A DNA stretch of 64,000 nt, from NCBI GenBank assembly GCA_964106645.2, contig OZ067039.1. One strand, given 5' to 3'. The notes under the pieces are model-generated. The model was not told the DNA's origin, searched no databases, and saw nothing but the letters and a program-made list of their open reading frames with translations. The position numbers were made by a program, and so were the translations under genes. Within the stretch, counting starts at the first letter, position 1. Each line of letters begins with the position of its first letter. Positions 1-13,051 of the stretch are shown one piece after another. This stretch comes from Podarcis pityusensis (taxonomy: Eukaryota).

Positions 1-77
1 CTTCCCTCCCTGGCCTTTTGCCCATCTTGTGCCTAGTCGCACTGCCAGGCAGGCATGGATGACCAGAAAGAGGGGAA

Positions 78-323
78 CAAGAAGAAGAAGAGGAGTTTGG
101 ATTTGATATCCCGCTTTATCACTACCCTAAGGAGTCTCAAAGCGGCTAACAATCTCCTTTCCCTTCCTCCCCCACAACAAACACTCTGTGAGGTGAGTGG
201 GGCTGAGAGACTTCAGAGAAGTGGGACTAGCCCAAGGTCACCCAGCAGCTGCATGTGGAGGAGCAGGGAATCGAACCCAGTTCACCAGATTACGAGTCCA
301 CCGCTCTTAACCACTACACCACA
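78..323 (-). mobile_element. Squamate tRNA-derived SINE (Squam-type) in ARL16 intron 1
   Basis: Minus strand has an A box (TGGTGTAGTGGTTAAG), a B box (GGTTCGATTCC), a body GCTGGGTGACCTTGGGC...CTCACCTCACAG and a (TTC)n tail. Confidence 0.75.
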
Positions 324-453
324 CAGGCCAGAGAGATACAGCTCACCCACCACCCCTTTTCACCCCAGGCAGCCTCCCCGCTTCCTCCTCCGCCTTCTCT
401 GCCCGGCACCCGCAACCCCGGCCCTGGCCCTCCTCCCAGCCGCGAGGGGATAT

Positions 454-553
454 TCTGCAGCCGCTTCACCATCAGGGTCTTGCCCGCGCCCGAACCCCCC
501 AGAAGCAAGTAAGTGGAGCCGCCGCCGCCGCCGCCGCCGCCGGCCATCACCAT
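454..553 (-). CDS. ARL16: ADP-ribosylation factor-like 16, first coding exon (the gene continues beyond the window start)
   Basis: Minus strand reads MVMAGGGGGGGGSTYLLLGGSGAGKTLMVKRLQ. This has a P-loop (GxxxxGKT) and matches the ARL16 N-terminus (human MCLLLGATGVGKTLLVKRLQ). It lies head-to-head with HGS, as in human. The start ATG is at 553 or 547. Similarity ends at CTGCAGA|ATATCC (454/453). Confidence 0.85.
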
Positions 554-775
554 AGCAACCAGAGGCGACCGCTTCCTCCCGGCCACGAATCCATCCGTTC
601 CTGGACCGACAAGCCGCTCCGGTCGCCACGTCCGCCAATCGCCAAATGGCTGCCGCCGGAAGTCCCGCCTCGGCGCTCCGCGGAAGCCGGAAGCGGGGCC
701 TAGGCTGCGGAAGCGGGTTTCCGAGGCGAACCAGATCCAGCGGTCGGTGCTACCTGCTCTTGGACGGGGATCGCC
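548..775. promoter_or_regulatory. Bidirectional ARL16/HGS CpG-island promoter
   Basis: About 220 bp separate the divergent ATGs. It has ETS/GABPA-type sites (CCGGAAGT 656-663, plus CGGAAG at about 680, 688 and 708), a YY1-like CAAATGGCTG (643-652) and an RFX X-box-like GTTGCTATGGTGAT on the minus strand (546-559). Confidence 0.8.
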
Positions 776-3700
776 ATGGGGCGAGGCGGCGGCACCTTCG
801 AGCGGCTTCTAGGTACTGGGCGCGGGGGGGAGTCCCGGCAGCGACCTGCCCCCTTGACCTGTGACCCCAAATACCTGGGTGGGGTATTCTGTTCTGACCC
901 TTCCCCTTCGCTCCCCTCGCACCTTCGCCCAGTGCTGCGCTTCTTCGGGCAGAGCTCCTGTGGGGAACGTCGAAGCCCGGAGCTCCTGCGCGGAGGACCT
1001 CCCTTTTCCATCAGCTCCCATCACGCTGGAAGCCAGATAGGGTTTTTTATCTGAAAGCTGCTTCTCTGTTCGCTGCCCATCCCCCCCTCCCGCCCCTATT
1101 CATTTCCCCATGGTTATTCACTATGGTCGCCTCACATACGCCCAGATTGAAGCTCCCAACGTAAAAACAAAACCGTGTTTGGGCCTAGCAGCTGTAACCG
1201 ACTTCCTCTGCCAGACACAGACAGGATGACAACATTCCTTTTGCTGCCCTTTGATCTCGAAAATGGGCGTTTGGGGTTTTAACCAGTGTTCATAAAGCTC
1301 AGTGGATATACTCTGAACAGAAATAGCATGGGATACAACCCTTAGAAAAATAAACAAGTCACACACACACACACACACAAACAAACATATATTCAGTGAC
1401 GAATGAAGGGGTTATCATTGGATCAGAGCTGTGGTGTTTGTTTAACTGACTAATCTGGCTCTTTTTGAATTCTGGGGGAAACTTAACAGTCTTTTGAGAA
1501 ATGAAAAGCTTTATGCTTTTACAGTACAACACTGCTGATCTCACCACTATTACTAAAATCAGGCTCTGCAAGGTGACTAACAATCCAGGAAGTGACAGGG
1601 CAAGAACAGAACTCTCAGCTGACTGAGTCAAGAGAGCACACAGTGGTGCATTTAGGGCAGATGTCACATGGGGAAGGAGTTTGAAATGTGTCAGCTGCTG
1701 TGGGGGTGGCAATAACATTGCTTACCAGAAAACAAGAAAAGGGGGATGGGGGATGGGCACACAATTGTCATTAGATTATGAGCTCCTTTGCCAATTTTTA
1801 TATAGTGCTGTCCATGAACAATGAACTTTAGAGTAACATTAGCAAAAGAAAGAGAAAAAAGTTAAAGAAGCTTACAGTAATTTTTTTTTACAATTAAGTG
1901 AGAGGATGAAAATGCACAGAAGCAGTTGCAAATAATTAGGCTTTGTGGATGGCAGAGTTGGAGTAGCAAACATGGGTAGGGTCACTAGACAGCAAGTATG
2001 CTCTGCAAGTATTGACTGTGCTATTGGGGGTTAGAAATGCTCTTTGTAAGGGGCCACCACTTAGCAGCAACATAACTGTGGTGTTGTTGTTTCCATTTAC
2101 AGATTGCAAACTACTGTATATGAAAATCTCAACAGTTTACAATAGATAAAAATAAATTTAGAAACACAATAATTAAAATAAAAACCATATAAAATGATTT
2201 ATATATAAACAAAACAAATTCATATATACCATACACCATAAACATAATATCAGTTATGAAGTCAGAGAATGTTACAAGGCAATACAATACAACATAAAAT
2301 TTCAACCAAAATAATGCACATCATTCATACAACCACTCACCCAATCCCACTCACCATCCATTCCATGCAACTGAAATTACTCAATAAAATTATAATCCAC
2401 ATACAAAGGGCTGATGCCAAGCATAGATATGTAAGATATTTTGCAAGATACTTTTAGGTGAACAGTCGGTCACAAAACAAAATGCTCAAGGTTCTCAAAT
2501 TTCTGGTGTACTCTACCAACAAATACCAAGTATGGCTTATTTGTCCAACAGACTCCTAAAGCAAATAACTATATTAGCATTTGACCTGAATGGTTAATGG
2601 TTATTTCAATGTATTTCAGATAAAGCTACCAGTCAGCTTCTGCTGGAGACAGACTGGGAGTCCATCCTCCAGATTTGTGATATGATTCGTCAGGGTGACA
2701 CCCAGTAAGTGCTGATGCCTGCACCAAACTTTCTTTGCTCCATTCACATCAAGGTTTATTGATCATATGTTTAGAACTGTCCCACATTTTAACCTCGCAA
2801 CTGCCTTTTGCGGTAGAGTAAGTTGAGTATTTGTGGTTGCCCAGGGTCATCCTTTGAGCCTCAAGGGTGAGCAGAAATTTGAACCTGGGGGTTTCCACAT
2901 CCAAAGCCAACATTGTTGCTACTATGGCATGCTCTCTGCCTATGAAACTAATACAGAGGTAGATAACATGTGGGCCATGTGTGGACACCCCCTCCCAAGT
3001 GATTTCTGGTGGCCCCCAGCAATTTGGCTGCTGTCATTGTTTACTGAGAAGGACTTGGTGCTGCTGAGCACTGCTGTCGTGTTGTACTGGTGTGAGCAGA
3101 GAGGTTTCAGCTCCACAACCCAGACCAGTGCAATGATGGGGATCTCCCCTTATGTATCAGAATCTCCCCTTATGCATCAGATTGATCTGATGAGCAGGGG
3201 GAGTGATGTTGTCGAGCCCCATCACTCCCTGAAGATCAAGGAACAGCATTTGCTCTTTCATCCCCATTGCTGATCTGCAGCTGCAATAGGGGGTGGAAAA
3301 TGGCCTTGGCATCCAGCCCTTGGAGTGGTACTTTATGGTTAATATAGCCCTTGAACCAAAAAAGGTTAGCTAGGTAAGAGGTTAACCAAATGAGCAGTTG
3401 ATGAGTGTAGACTAAATTTTCTGTGGGAATTGGTTCAGCTTAGTGTCTGGAGGGTATATCTTCTGTGTAGCTGTAAATTTTCTTCAGAAAAATGGATTTT
3501 CAGGACAGTCAAATAAGTCATCTATTAATGTCAGTCTTTTGGGGTCTTAAAATTCCATCTCATCCCAGTGTATTTATTAGTGTATTTATTAACAGAACTG
3601 TTAAAACTACATATGAGTCCTGCTCTTCTAGATATACAGCCTCTGCTGAAGGAGATGAGAAAATTGTTTTGTGGGTTTCTTGTCCTGTGAAACTAGAGAC

Positions 3701-6700
3701 ATGCTGTCAACTAGGAAGCTGCAGCCCTTGTGCAAAAGGAAAATGATAATAATAATGTGACAATTATGTTTGCTTATATTGGCTTGGTTCTGTGTGTTCA
3801 GCTTTAATAACGAAATTGTCTGAAAATATTTGACAAGGAAGGTATCTGTAGAAAAGAATAGGAAGAGAAGGCACTGCATGTATTTCCAAGTGTTTTCTAC
3901 AACTACTGATACTTATTCTTTCATCATACAGCAGTTTCCACATTACGTAATAAACTCACAGATGTGCAAGATATTCACTGCCTCACATGTCAGTGATTTT
4001 GATTGGTAAATGGAACAGTTATCATAGATTAGTCAAATAATTTAGCTTTGAATATTGACACATATTGACACCTTTTCCTCTTCCATTATAAGTGCTGCTA
4101 TTATATTTCATGAGAGCAGGGATTTTGGGGTGGCTTCAGAATGACAATGGGTCCTTGTATGCTGCCGTTAGACTGAGTTGTTATTCTTCGCATTTTGTTG
4201 TCCAGGGCTAAATATGCTGTTGGTGCAATAAAGAAGAAAGTCAACGACAAGAATCCACACGTGGCTCTCTACGCACTAGAGGTAAGCTAAAGTGAACACA
4301 ACTTCCTCAGGGTGTAGTCACTCTCCCAGGTCAATGAGAGAAGCTTTCTTTCCCTAACCTTGCGAGAGAGATGTGCAGCCAGCCCACTTTTTGTTCAAAG
4401 GAGGACCAGAACTTCTGCTGCTAATTACTTGTAACTAGGGCAACATTAAAAGGGGATTAGACAGATTCCTGGAGGATAAAGCTATCAGTACCTCCAATAC
4501 CAGAGGCGGTATGCCTCTCAGTATCAGTCCTCTGGGGGAAAACTGGGGGAAAGGGCTGTTGCATTTGTGTTTGTTGCTGGTGGTATTTCCAAGGACATCT
4601 GGTTGGCTACTGGGGTGAAACAGGATACTTGACTATATAGGCCTTTGGCCTGATTCAGCAGGGCACCTCTTTGAATATTTGGTCAGGGACAATGCATGCT
4701 CATGAATATATTTTCCTTGTAGGTCTTGGAATCTGTGGTAAAGAACTGTGGTCAAACAGTTCACGATGAAGTGGCTAACAAACAGACCATGGAGGAGTTG
4801 AAGGAATTGCTGAAGGTAGGAGCTTTTTGGCTGTTTCTCCTCCCCGTAAGCAGCTGTTTAAAGAAAAAGAAATCCAAATTTATAAACAGTGAAGCACCCT
4901 TATAGGCCAAACATAGAGTTCCTTTCCAGCAGGAGGAAATTTACAAGGAAAACCACTCTTTCTGTCCTTCCCACCCCTAGTAGAAGACGAATATACAGGT
5001 AGCGAGCAAAGAGAATAACTGAGGTTGGGTTTCTGATACTAGATGGCAAGGGGCATTGCTCCGAGCGTCATTTCCCAGTTAAATTGCGCTTACGCTGTTC
5101 CCTTGGAAGATTGTGGGTTCGTTTCCATTGGGCATATTGCCTGATCCTGGCTCTGCACATTTCTACAGAGACAAGTTGAAGCCAATGTTCGCAACAAGAT
5201 CCTGTACTTGATCCAGGCATGGGCTCATGCCTTCCGCAATGAACCCAAGTACAAGGTGGTGCAGGACACTTACCAGATCATGAAGGTTGAAGGTAAGGAT
5301 GAGTGACCTGTGCTGTGAAGAAGGGGGCGGGCAGGTGGGAAGACGGAGTATGTTCAGTTGGGGATCTGGAGAAAGCACACTGGTGCATTTGATTTAAGAA
5401 ACAGCAATGACCGGCTTCCATGTAGCATGTCAGTGTCTTAGGTATAAGCCCTAACGGAACACAGTAGCTTCCAGAGCCGAGAAGAATTCCTGTGATCTTT
5501 GTCACTTGTGATATTACGGTATGTTGGACTATGGGTCAGGCGGTTGGTTGGACTTCATTCTGGAAGGCCAATCTATGCCAATCGCTCTAGCCTCATCCCT
5601 TCAGTACCTTTGTGGGGATGTCATGTTTTCTTTGGCTGGGAAAGGGAACGTGGTGAGCAGGTGAATGGCTTGTGTGCATTTGTACACAGCTTCTCAGGTC
5701 TTTCACTTGGTGCCCCCATCCCAAGTACCAGCAGGTGCCAGTGGTTGAAGAGCCCAGCAGAGTGACATTGTTGATCTTCCTGCAGGTCACATTTTCCCAG
5801 AATTCAAGGAGAGTGATGCCATGTTTGCAGCAGAAAGGGTGAGTGTCCCAGTTGGGAAAGGGGCACGCCTCACATATGGAAATGATTTGGACTTTTTTGT
5901 GGTAATTATAACCTGTCTTGATACTTCTGTTGCTGAGTTTGGGCTGAATCAGTCTCCAGTGAAAATCCAGCTGCCTGGGGGTGGGTGATAGCAAAAATAG
6001 AACGTATCCCATTCGATTTGTACATTGTGGGCTGTGGGAAGTAAGAGAAGCTAATTGTGTTACTTACTTGCTTATCTCGTTTTTATAATGTTCTTCACAA
6101 CAGCATCCCAGGGTGGTTCACAAAAGGTAAAAAAATGTGCAGAACTAAAGCCAACATTAAAAGCAACAGCAGAAAGTAAATACTTCTAATAGATTGTTAC
6201 GGAATCAGATTGCTCATAACCCAGGGGTGCCCAAACTTATTTTTCAAAGAGGGCCAGATTTGATGAAGTGAACATGCACGAGGGCCGACCAGAATTGTTG
6301 AGCTTTTTTTAGAATTGAAGTTGCTGAGCTTTTTTTTAGGATTTTGCCCCGGGACATATACTGCCATGGTGCATTTTGAGCAACCAATGTAACTGAAGTA
6401 GGAAGGACACCTGGTAGATCTCCAGAGGCAGCGGAATTCCACATGGAGGGTGCCACAACTGAGAAGGCCCTCAAACGGGTCTCTCACACAACCACACCCT
6501 ACATACCAAGCACTACTCAGGGGTGGAACCACAAGAAGGGCCCCTTCCACAGATATTAGCTTGCAAGTGGCACACAATGAGTGAAGAACTCAAACATATA
6601 CTTGGGTCCCAAGTCATTTAGTGTAATATAAGCCAATATTAATACCTTGAAGTAGACTTGGAATCAAATAGCTAGCTGGTGCAGATCACAGAAAATTGAT

Positions 6701-9700
6701 GTAATGCGACTGTCTTTGCATCTCATTCAGTAAACAAGCAGCGGCATTCTACACTATCTGCAGCCTCCTAACCATCTTCTAGGGCAGCTCCACATAGAAT
6801 GCATTGCAGTAGTCTTAACTGTGAGGCTATCAGAGCATGGATCACTGACAAGAGTATCCCAAGAATGGCCAGCATTCCAGTTCGGGAAGAGAACCATCTA
6901 TTTAGTTTTTACTGCCTCTTTATGTTACACATGCATTTTCTCTATCTGGGATCCCTCCCCAAATACTGCTGCTCTTGGGGGTGCTTTTTTCGGGTTCTTA
7001 GGATCACTTCAAGGCTTTGTGACGGCCTTTTTGTTACCCAATACTTGCTTTGTTTCTGTGCGGCAGGCCCCAGACTGGGTGGACGCCGAGGAGTGTCACC
7101 GGTGCAGAGTCCAGTTTGGGGTGGTGACTCGTAAGGTGAGTGGTGCAGCTCCCTGTCCCGACCTGGAGCTCCTTTCCTGTGGCAGCTGACATGACACAGA
7201 GCCATGTTATAATGGCAGCAAGAGGAGGTGTGGCCGGGAGATTTAAATTCTAGTGGGCTTCTATTCTTGACCTCTCCCTGTGTTCGCAGCACCACTGCCG
7301 GGCTTGTGGGCAGATTTTCTGCGGGAAGTGCTCCTCCAAGTATTCCACCATTCCCAAGTTCGGCATAGAGAAGGAGGTGCGAGTGTGTGAGCCCTGCTAC
7401 GAGCATCTCAACAAGTAAGTATCGGAGCTCAGCTAATGAAGAGGGTCATTGGCACAGAAAGGTTGGGGAAGAATGAGGGGGTTTTTTGGCAGCCTTTCTT
7501 TCTACATGTGCATACTCTGGAGGGAGAGAGTTCTTATTCCTCGAACAGTAAACTGAATACAGTCGTACCTTGGTTCTTGAATGCCTTGGTACTCGTACGT
7601 TTTGGCTCCCGAATGCCGAAAACTCGGAAGTAAGTATTCTGGTTTTTGAATGTTTTTCAGAAGCCGAACGTCCAACACAGCTTCCGCTTGAGTGCAGGAA
7701 GCACCTGCAGCCAATAGGAAGCTGTGCCTTGGTTTTCAAACTGTTTCAGGAGTCGAACGGATTAAGTTCGAGAACCAAGGTTCCACTGTAGTCTGGCAAG
7801 TTGCAGCTTAAAGAGAAAGAGCTAATTGGCTTATTGCAGACCAACAGATGCTACAATAGAGCAGGTGTTGAGTGGTCCTCTCTTCCCCCCAAACCCCTGG
7901 CCGACCACCAGATTGCAGTTCAGCTGTGGTCATGATCCTGGCTTCTCTGTATACACAGGAAAGCAGAGGGGAAAGGAACTGCAACCACGGAGCTTCCTCC
8001 TGAGTACCTGACCAGCCCTCTTTCCCAGCAGTCCCAGGTGAGCACTTGGCTGTGATGGCAAGGGATGGGGCTCCACCTTCACCCGTCACCTCTTCACCCA
8101 GGTTACAGTGACTGCTGTTTCTTCTGCCCTCAGCTGCCTCCCAAGCGTGATGAAACTGCCCTGCAGGAGGAGGAGGAGCTGCAGCTGGCCATTGCACTCT
8201 CCCAGTCAGAGGCAGAGGAGAAGGAAAGGATGGTTTGTGTCTTGAGAATTAGGGGGGGATTCCTGTGACATTAATACTCGGAGGTACCCCGCAGGGTTGA
8301 CTGCCTTGTAGCGCCCAAAGAGCTTAGGTAGCTCAGTGTTCTGCATAAACTCCTTTCCCTGCAACAGCCTAGTCCTCAAATATGGGAAACTTGTGCTGAT
8401 GTCGTCTCCCCCCTGCCAAAATGAGGCATTTTAATTGTTGGGTACTTTGCCAATCGGGTGTTTGTAACTACCAGAAGCGATTCCGGAAAACATACACGTT
8501 ATGTCGTGTTCAGTTAATTAAAATGCTGCACTAACTTTCCCATTTTGTTGTCTAATTAAGAGCAGATAAAGACCATGCTGATTCTGGGTGAATCTAATTT
8601 CATCACTAACAGCACACTTATTTGTGCCATTCTGAGATGCCCAGACGTGGCTGGTAACTGTCAGGAGGCATGCTTCATGCTTCATTCCCAATCAGCTTCT
8701 GGCTTGCTGGCTGACTGCAAAAGTGGTTCCTGGCTTGCTGTGCAAGTTCAGGAATCGGTGAAGCATCCCTATATCGTTCTCCCTCTTGCTTTTCCTCTGC
8801 AGAGACAGAAAAGCACGTATTCCACATACCCCAAGGCTGAGCCGACACCAGTCACCTCATCGGCTCCACCAGTCAACACCCTCTATTCCTCACCTGTGGT
8901 AAGTGCCCACCCACCTGGAGAGATTTCCCCTTTTGCCATTTAGACACTTCTCCCGTGTCATGAACATTCTGTGGTTCTTTGGTAAGTCCAACAGTGTCCA
9001 TGGGAGAGGAAGAGAATGGGTGTTGGCTTTTCCTGTCACCTTGCTTCAGCAGCTCCTTCTGCTCACGAGTCCCCTCATGCCTTGAAGCTTGAAACAGGCA
9101 TCGTTTCAAGCTTGATCTCCTAAGGGAAGGGGAGGCAGTGGGGGTACTCATCTTTGCATGTGTCTTGTAATATGTGTCTTATTTCAGAACTCCTCTGCAC
9201 CTCTGGCCGAGGACATTGACCCTGAGGTAAGACCCCCCCATCCCCATATGCCATTTTGTAGTTTGCTGGTATCAGTGGCACCCTGGCTAGTGACAACCAG
9301 CTTGCTTCCTGTTTCCCAACATCTCCTTGCAGTTGGCTCGGTACCTGAACCGCAACTACTGGGAGAAGAAGCAGGAGGAGGTGCGCAAGAGCCCCACCCC
9401 TTCCGCCCCGCTATCCATGGGGGAGCCAGCAACCCAGAACACCGAGGTCCAGCCTGCCCCGCTCAGTGTGGTGGAGGTAAGAGCAGCCTTCCCTTTCTGT
9501 GTGCTCTTAGGATGCTCCACAGTAAGGCAGAATTAGGCTCAGCTGCTGGGTTTGTTTGGTTTTTTCCTGAAATGGTTGCCAGCTGGTGAGCAACTGCTGT
9601 TTCTTTCTCCAATGTGAGCAGTGGGATTAAAGGAGGCCGGGCACGGAGTGCAGCAAGCTTTCTGTGCTGCATTTGAACAGTCTGGAGGTTTAAGGTTTTT

Positions 9701-12700
9701 ACAGGAGATGCATCGCCTTGCAGGGAAACAGGACAGGGGTAACCCAAGGCAGCTGAAGCCACATTGAAAAATGAACTCGGTTGAGCTTTAACTTAGTTGG
9801 AATTGCGGCTTCCAGTTAATGGTCTCCCCATCTCTCTCTGATGGTCTCCCCAGCAGCAATACCAAAACGGCGAGACAGACGAGAGCCACGACCAGTTCCT
9901 GAAGGCTCTGCAGAACGCCGTCACCACCTTCGTCAACCGCATGAAGAGCAACCACCTGCGGGGCCGGAGCATCACCAATGACTCCGCCGTGCTCTCGCTC
10001 TTCCAGTCCATCAACAGCATGCACCCTCAGCTCCTGGAGCTGCTGAACCAGTTGGATGAGCGCCGCCGTAAGTTCCCAGGGCCCCGGCCCTTAATGTGGG
10101 CAGAGACCTGCGGGAGGAGCTTGTAGCACGGTTGGGATCACCTCTCTCCCCATTAAATCATAGGCGGTTAATTGACTTCCTTGCGTTGAACCAAAATGGG
10201 CATTGGGGCTTCCTTTCCACTTTTTAGCATTGGGGTGGGAAGGAAGGGAAGATGGTGTGATGCCTTTGGCCCACGCTGAGGAGTCTGCCCTGCTTTCCTT
10301 GAGGTGAGAGCTATAATATAATATTTTTATTATTTATACCCAGCCCATCTGGCTGGGTTTTCCCAGCCACTCTGGGTGGCTTCCAACAGAACACTAAAAT
10401 AAAATAACTATTAAACATTAAAAGCTTCCCTAAACAGGGCTGCCTTCAGATGTCTTCTAAAAGTCTGGTAGTTGTTTTTTCTCTTTGACATCTGGTGGGA
10501 GGGCCTTCCACAGGGAGGGCACCACTACTGAGAAGGCCCTCTGCCTGGTTCCCTGTAACTTGGCTTCTCACAGCGAGGAACCGCCAGAAGGCCCTCGGCG
10601 CTGGACCTCAGTGCTATACCTCCTGTGGATCTCATGGAGGTGGGGCTTCTGACTACGCCTTTTTTCACCCCTTCCCCCTGCCCAGTGTACTATGAAGGAC
10701 TTCAAGATAAACTTGCCCAGATCCGGGATGCGCGGGGAGCCCTGAATGCTCTGCGGGAGGAACACAGGGAGAAGCTGCGCCGCGCTGCCGAGGAGGCCGA
10801 GCGCCAGCGCCAGATCCAGCTAGCCCAGAAGCTTGAGATTATGCGGCAGAAGAAACAGGTGAGGTGGCCGCTGCCAAGTGTGTCCGGTACAAAAGGTACA
10901 CCTGCCCTCCGCAAAATGGTTTGCAAGCGGTGCAGCCTAGTAAAGCATGAAGCCCCATGGCTCCCGTGTTGTAACACATCCCATGTGCTTCTCCAACTTG
11001 TAGGAATACCTGGAGATGCAACGGCAGTTGGCGATCCAGCGCCTTCAGGAGCAAGAGAAGGAGCGCCAGCTGCGGCTGGAGCAGCAGAAGCAAACGATCC
11101 AAATGCGGGCCCAGATGCCTGCTTTCTCCTTGCCGTATGCTCAGGTATGACGGGTGGAGAGGCCGAGAATCCCTCCTCCTCTTCCCTTCCATGGCTGTTC
11201 TCTTTGCAAATACATCAGCCAAGTCACCGTCCCTCTCTTAACCTGCTTCCTGTCTCTCTAGCTGCAGGCCATGCCTCCTGCTGGCGGGGTGATCTACCAG
11301 CCATCAGGCCCCACAAGCTTCCCAGGCACCTTCAGCCCAGCAGGCTCTGTGGAGGGCTCACCTATGCACACAGTGTACATGAGCCAGCCTGCCCAGGGCA
11401 GCACTGGACCATACACTGCAATGCCTGTGGCAGGAACAGGTAAGAGCAATAGGATGGAGGGGGAATGTGTTAGCTGAAAGCACCTGAAACGGGATACCGG
11501 GTCTCGGAAGGCTGTCCTTTTCTCATATTTCATCTGTATTTCAGATCCCAACATGGTGAGCACCTACATATACTCAGCAAGCACTAATAATGCCCAGGCA
11601 GCTCCGCAAGGGCAGGCTGTGCCCACCACGAATCCTGCCTATTCTTCCTACCAACCTACACCTACCCAAGGCTACCAGGCAAGTTTGACCCACAGCCCAA
11701 ATTTCCTCTGCCCCAAATCAGGGGATTAAATCCCAGCAGATTATATGTGCTGTTGTGAAAGTGGAGGGGGGAGAGTTCAAGCCAGTGTGGTGATGTCATT
11801 AGTGTTTGACTAGGACAGAGAAAATCCAAGTTTGAATCATTCTAGCGGTGATGCTTCTGTTATTATGAAGTTGAAGCACCTGTTTTAAACCATTTTCAGA
11901 AGGGTAGCCAAGTTAAGTCTGTTGCAGCAAAAATAACGGAGCCTTGTGGCCACATAAAAGACAAAAAAATAATAATCATTTCATCAGCTTCAACGGACTA
12001 CAGTCCAGTTCATCTCATTATGCGTGTTGTGGTTCAAGCATTTGGATTTGGACCTGGGAATTCCAGGTTCAAGTCTTCCCATAGCCATCAAGCACAGTGC
12101 AAGTAGCAAGCTCTCCGTCTTACCTATAGCACCTATGTGAATACAGTGGAGAGGACTGTACATGCCGCCTTGATCTGCTTGGAGGAAGAGTGGAATATAA
12201 ATAGTCTTTGCCAGCTTGCAAGTAGCAAAAGTTTCTCCCTGTGTTCTTGCCTGTGTGTTGAAGTTTGTCAGGACTTCTCACCCATTCCTGCCTCCTTTAC
12301 CTTGCAGAACGCAGCTGCCCCTTCCCAGACCCAGGCGATCCCAGCCATGACACAAGCGCCGCAGGGTTACATGGGCAATCAGTCGGTCTCCATGGGCTAC
12401 CAGCCCTACAATATGCAGGTGAGAGACTCCTTGAAACTGTTGCGCTGTGCGCCTTCTCCAGTGTCCGGTGTGAGGGCAGCCAGCAGACAGGACTGAAGGG
12501 GAATTCTTGTATGTGCATAGAGGCAGCAAAGCCACCCCTAAGCTTCAGGCTGCCTCCTGTTATGAATGGAGCCATGTGGATTGGCGGAAAGTCTTATGCC
12601 CTCTTCTTTTCCTGTTAGAACCTCATGTCAACCCTCCCTGGACAGGAACAGGGTTTGAGTAACCTGCCACCCCAGCAGCCTTACCTGTCAGGACAGCAGC

Positions 12701-13051
12701 CTATGTATCAGCAGGTGAGTCTTCGACCAGCCACTTTGGGGGCAACTGTTTTGGCGACTTCTTCATGTCATGTTAGGCTGATGCCCTGAATTCCTTCAGC
12801 CCAACATTGTTTGGCTTTTTAGCCTCTGTGCCAATCCATGGGTTGGAGGACCATTACTACAGTAGCTTTAAATGGGGGAGGAGGATGCCTTTTTAAACAA
12901 GACCTCCTTACTCGCTTCCCTGTTTGCCTCCTTACAGATGGCGCCTCCTGGAGGACCTCAGCAGCAGCAGCAGCAGCCTCAGCAGGCTCCAGTCCAGGTG
13001 CAACAGGCACAAGGCGGCAGCGGAGAGGCTCAGCTGATCTCCTTTGACTAA
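776..13051 (+). CDS. HGS: Hepatocyte growth factor-regulated tyrosine kinase substrate (Hrs, ESCRT-0), 21 coding exons, 759 aa
   Basis: join(776..812,2620..2704,4206..4281,4723..4815,5169..5292,5786..5838,7067..7135,7290..7414,7959..8037,8134..8232,8803..8898,9188..9226,9333..9476,9854..10067,10686..10858,11004..11144,11262..11439,11545..11678,12308..12418,12619..12714,12938..13051) = 2280 nt with all phases consistent. Contains VHS (MGRGGGTFERLLDKATSQLLLETDW), FYVE (APDWVDAEECHRC...RKHHCRACG), UIM (LQEEEELQLAIALSQSEAEE), PSAP, the coiled coil and a C-terminal clathrin box (LISFD). All introns are GT-AG except one GC-AG. Confidence 0.98.
7560..7788. mobile_element. Tc1/mariner (Tigger-like) MITE in HGS intron 8
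   Basis: TA-CAGTCGTACCTTGGTTCT...AGAACCAAGGTTCCACTG-TA: terminal inverted repeats (TIRs) and a TA target duplication. Confidence 0.8.
10322..10617 (-). mobile_element. LINE 3' fragment (L2/CR1 clade). A near-identical copy is at 37372-37673; older relatives are at about 6060-6870 and 51930-52420.
   Basis: The block TTTATACCC..CCCATCTGGCTGGG..CTTCAGATGTCTTCTAAAAGTC..GAGAAGGCCCTCTG..CCTGTAAC is shared by 10322-10617 and 37372-37673, with a (TTA)-rich tail. Confidence 0.65.

Noticed and set aside
55-555. 166-aa ORF and other overlapping ORFs at the window start
   Set aside because: They are built from a SINE plus the antisense strand of GC-rich ARL16 exon 1 and show no protein-family features.
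10625-11443. 272-aa ORF, the longest in the track
   Set aside because: It is HGS exon 15 read through introns into out-of-frame exons, and the spliced HGS model explains it.
11900-12020. Penelope pLTR remnants that might carry a hammerhead ribozyme (also about 17385-17510)
   Set aside because: The CUGAUGA...GAAA catalytic core is mutated in both, so an active ribozyme is not supported.
12957-12985. CAG run in the last HGS exon as an unusual expansion
   Set aside because: It is only six CAG codons inside the normally Pro/Gln-rich HGS C-terminus.
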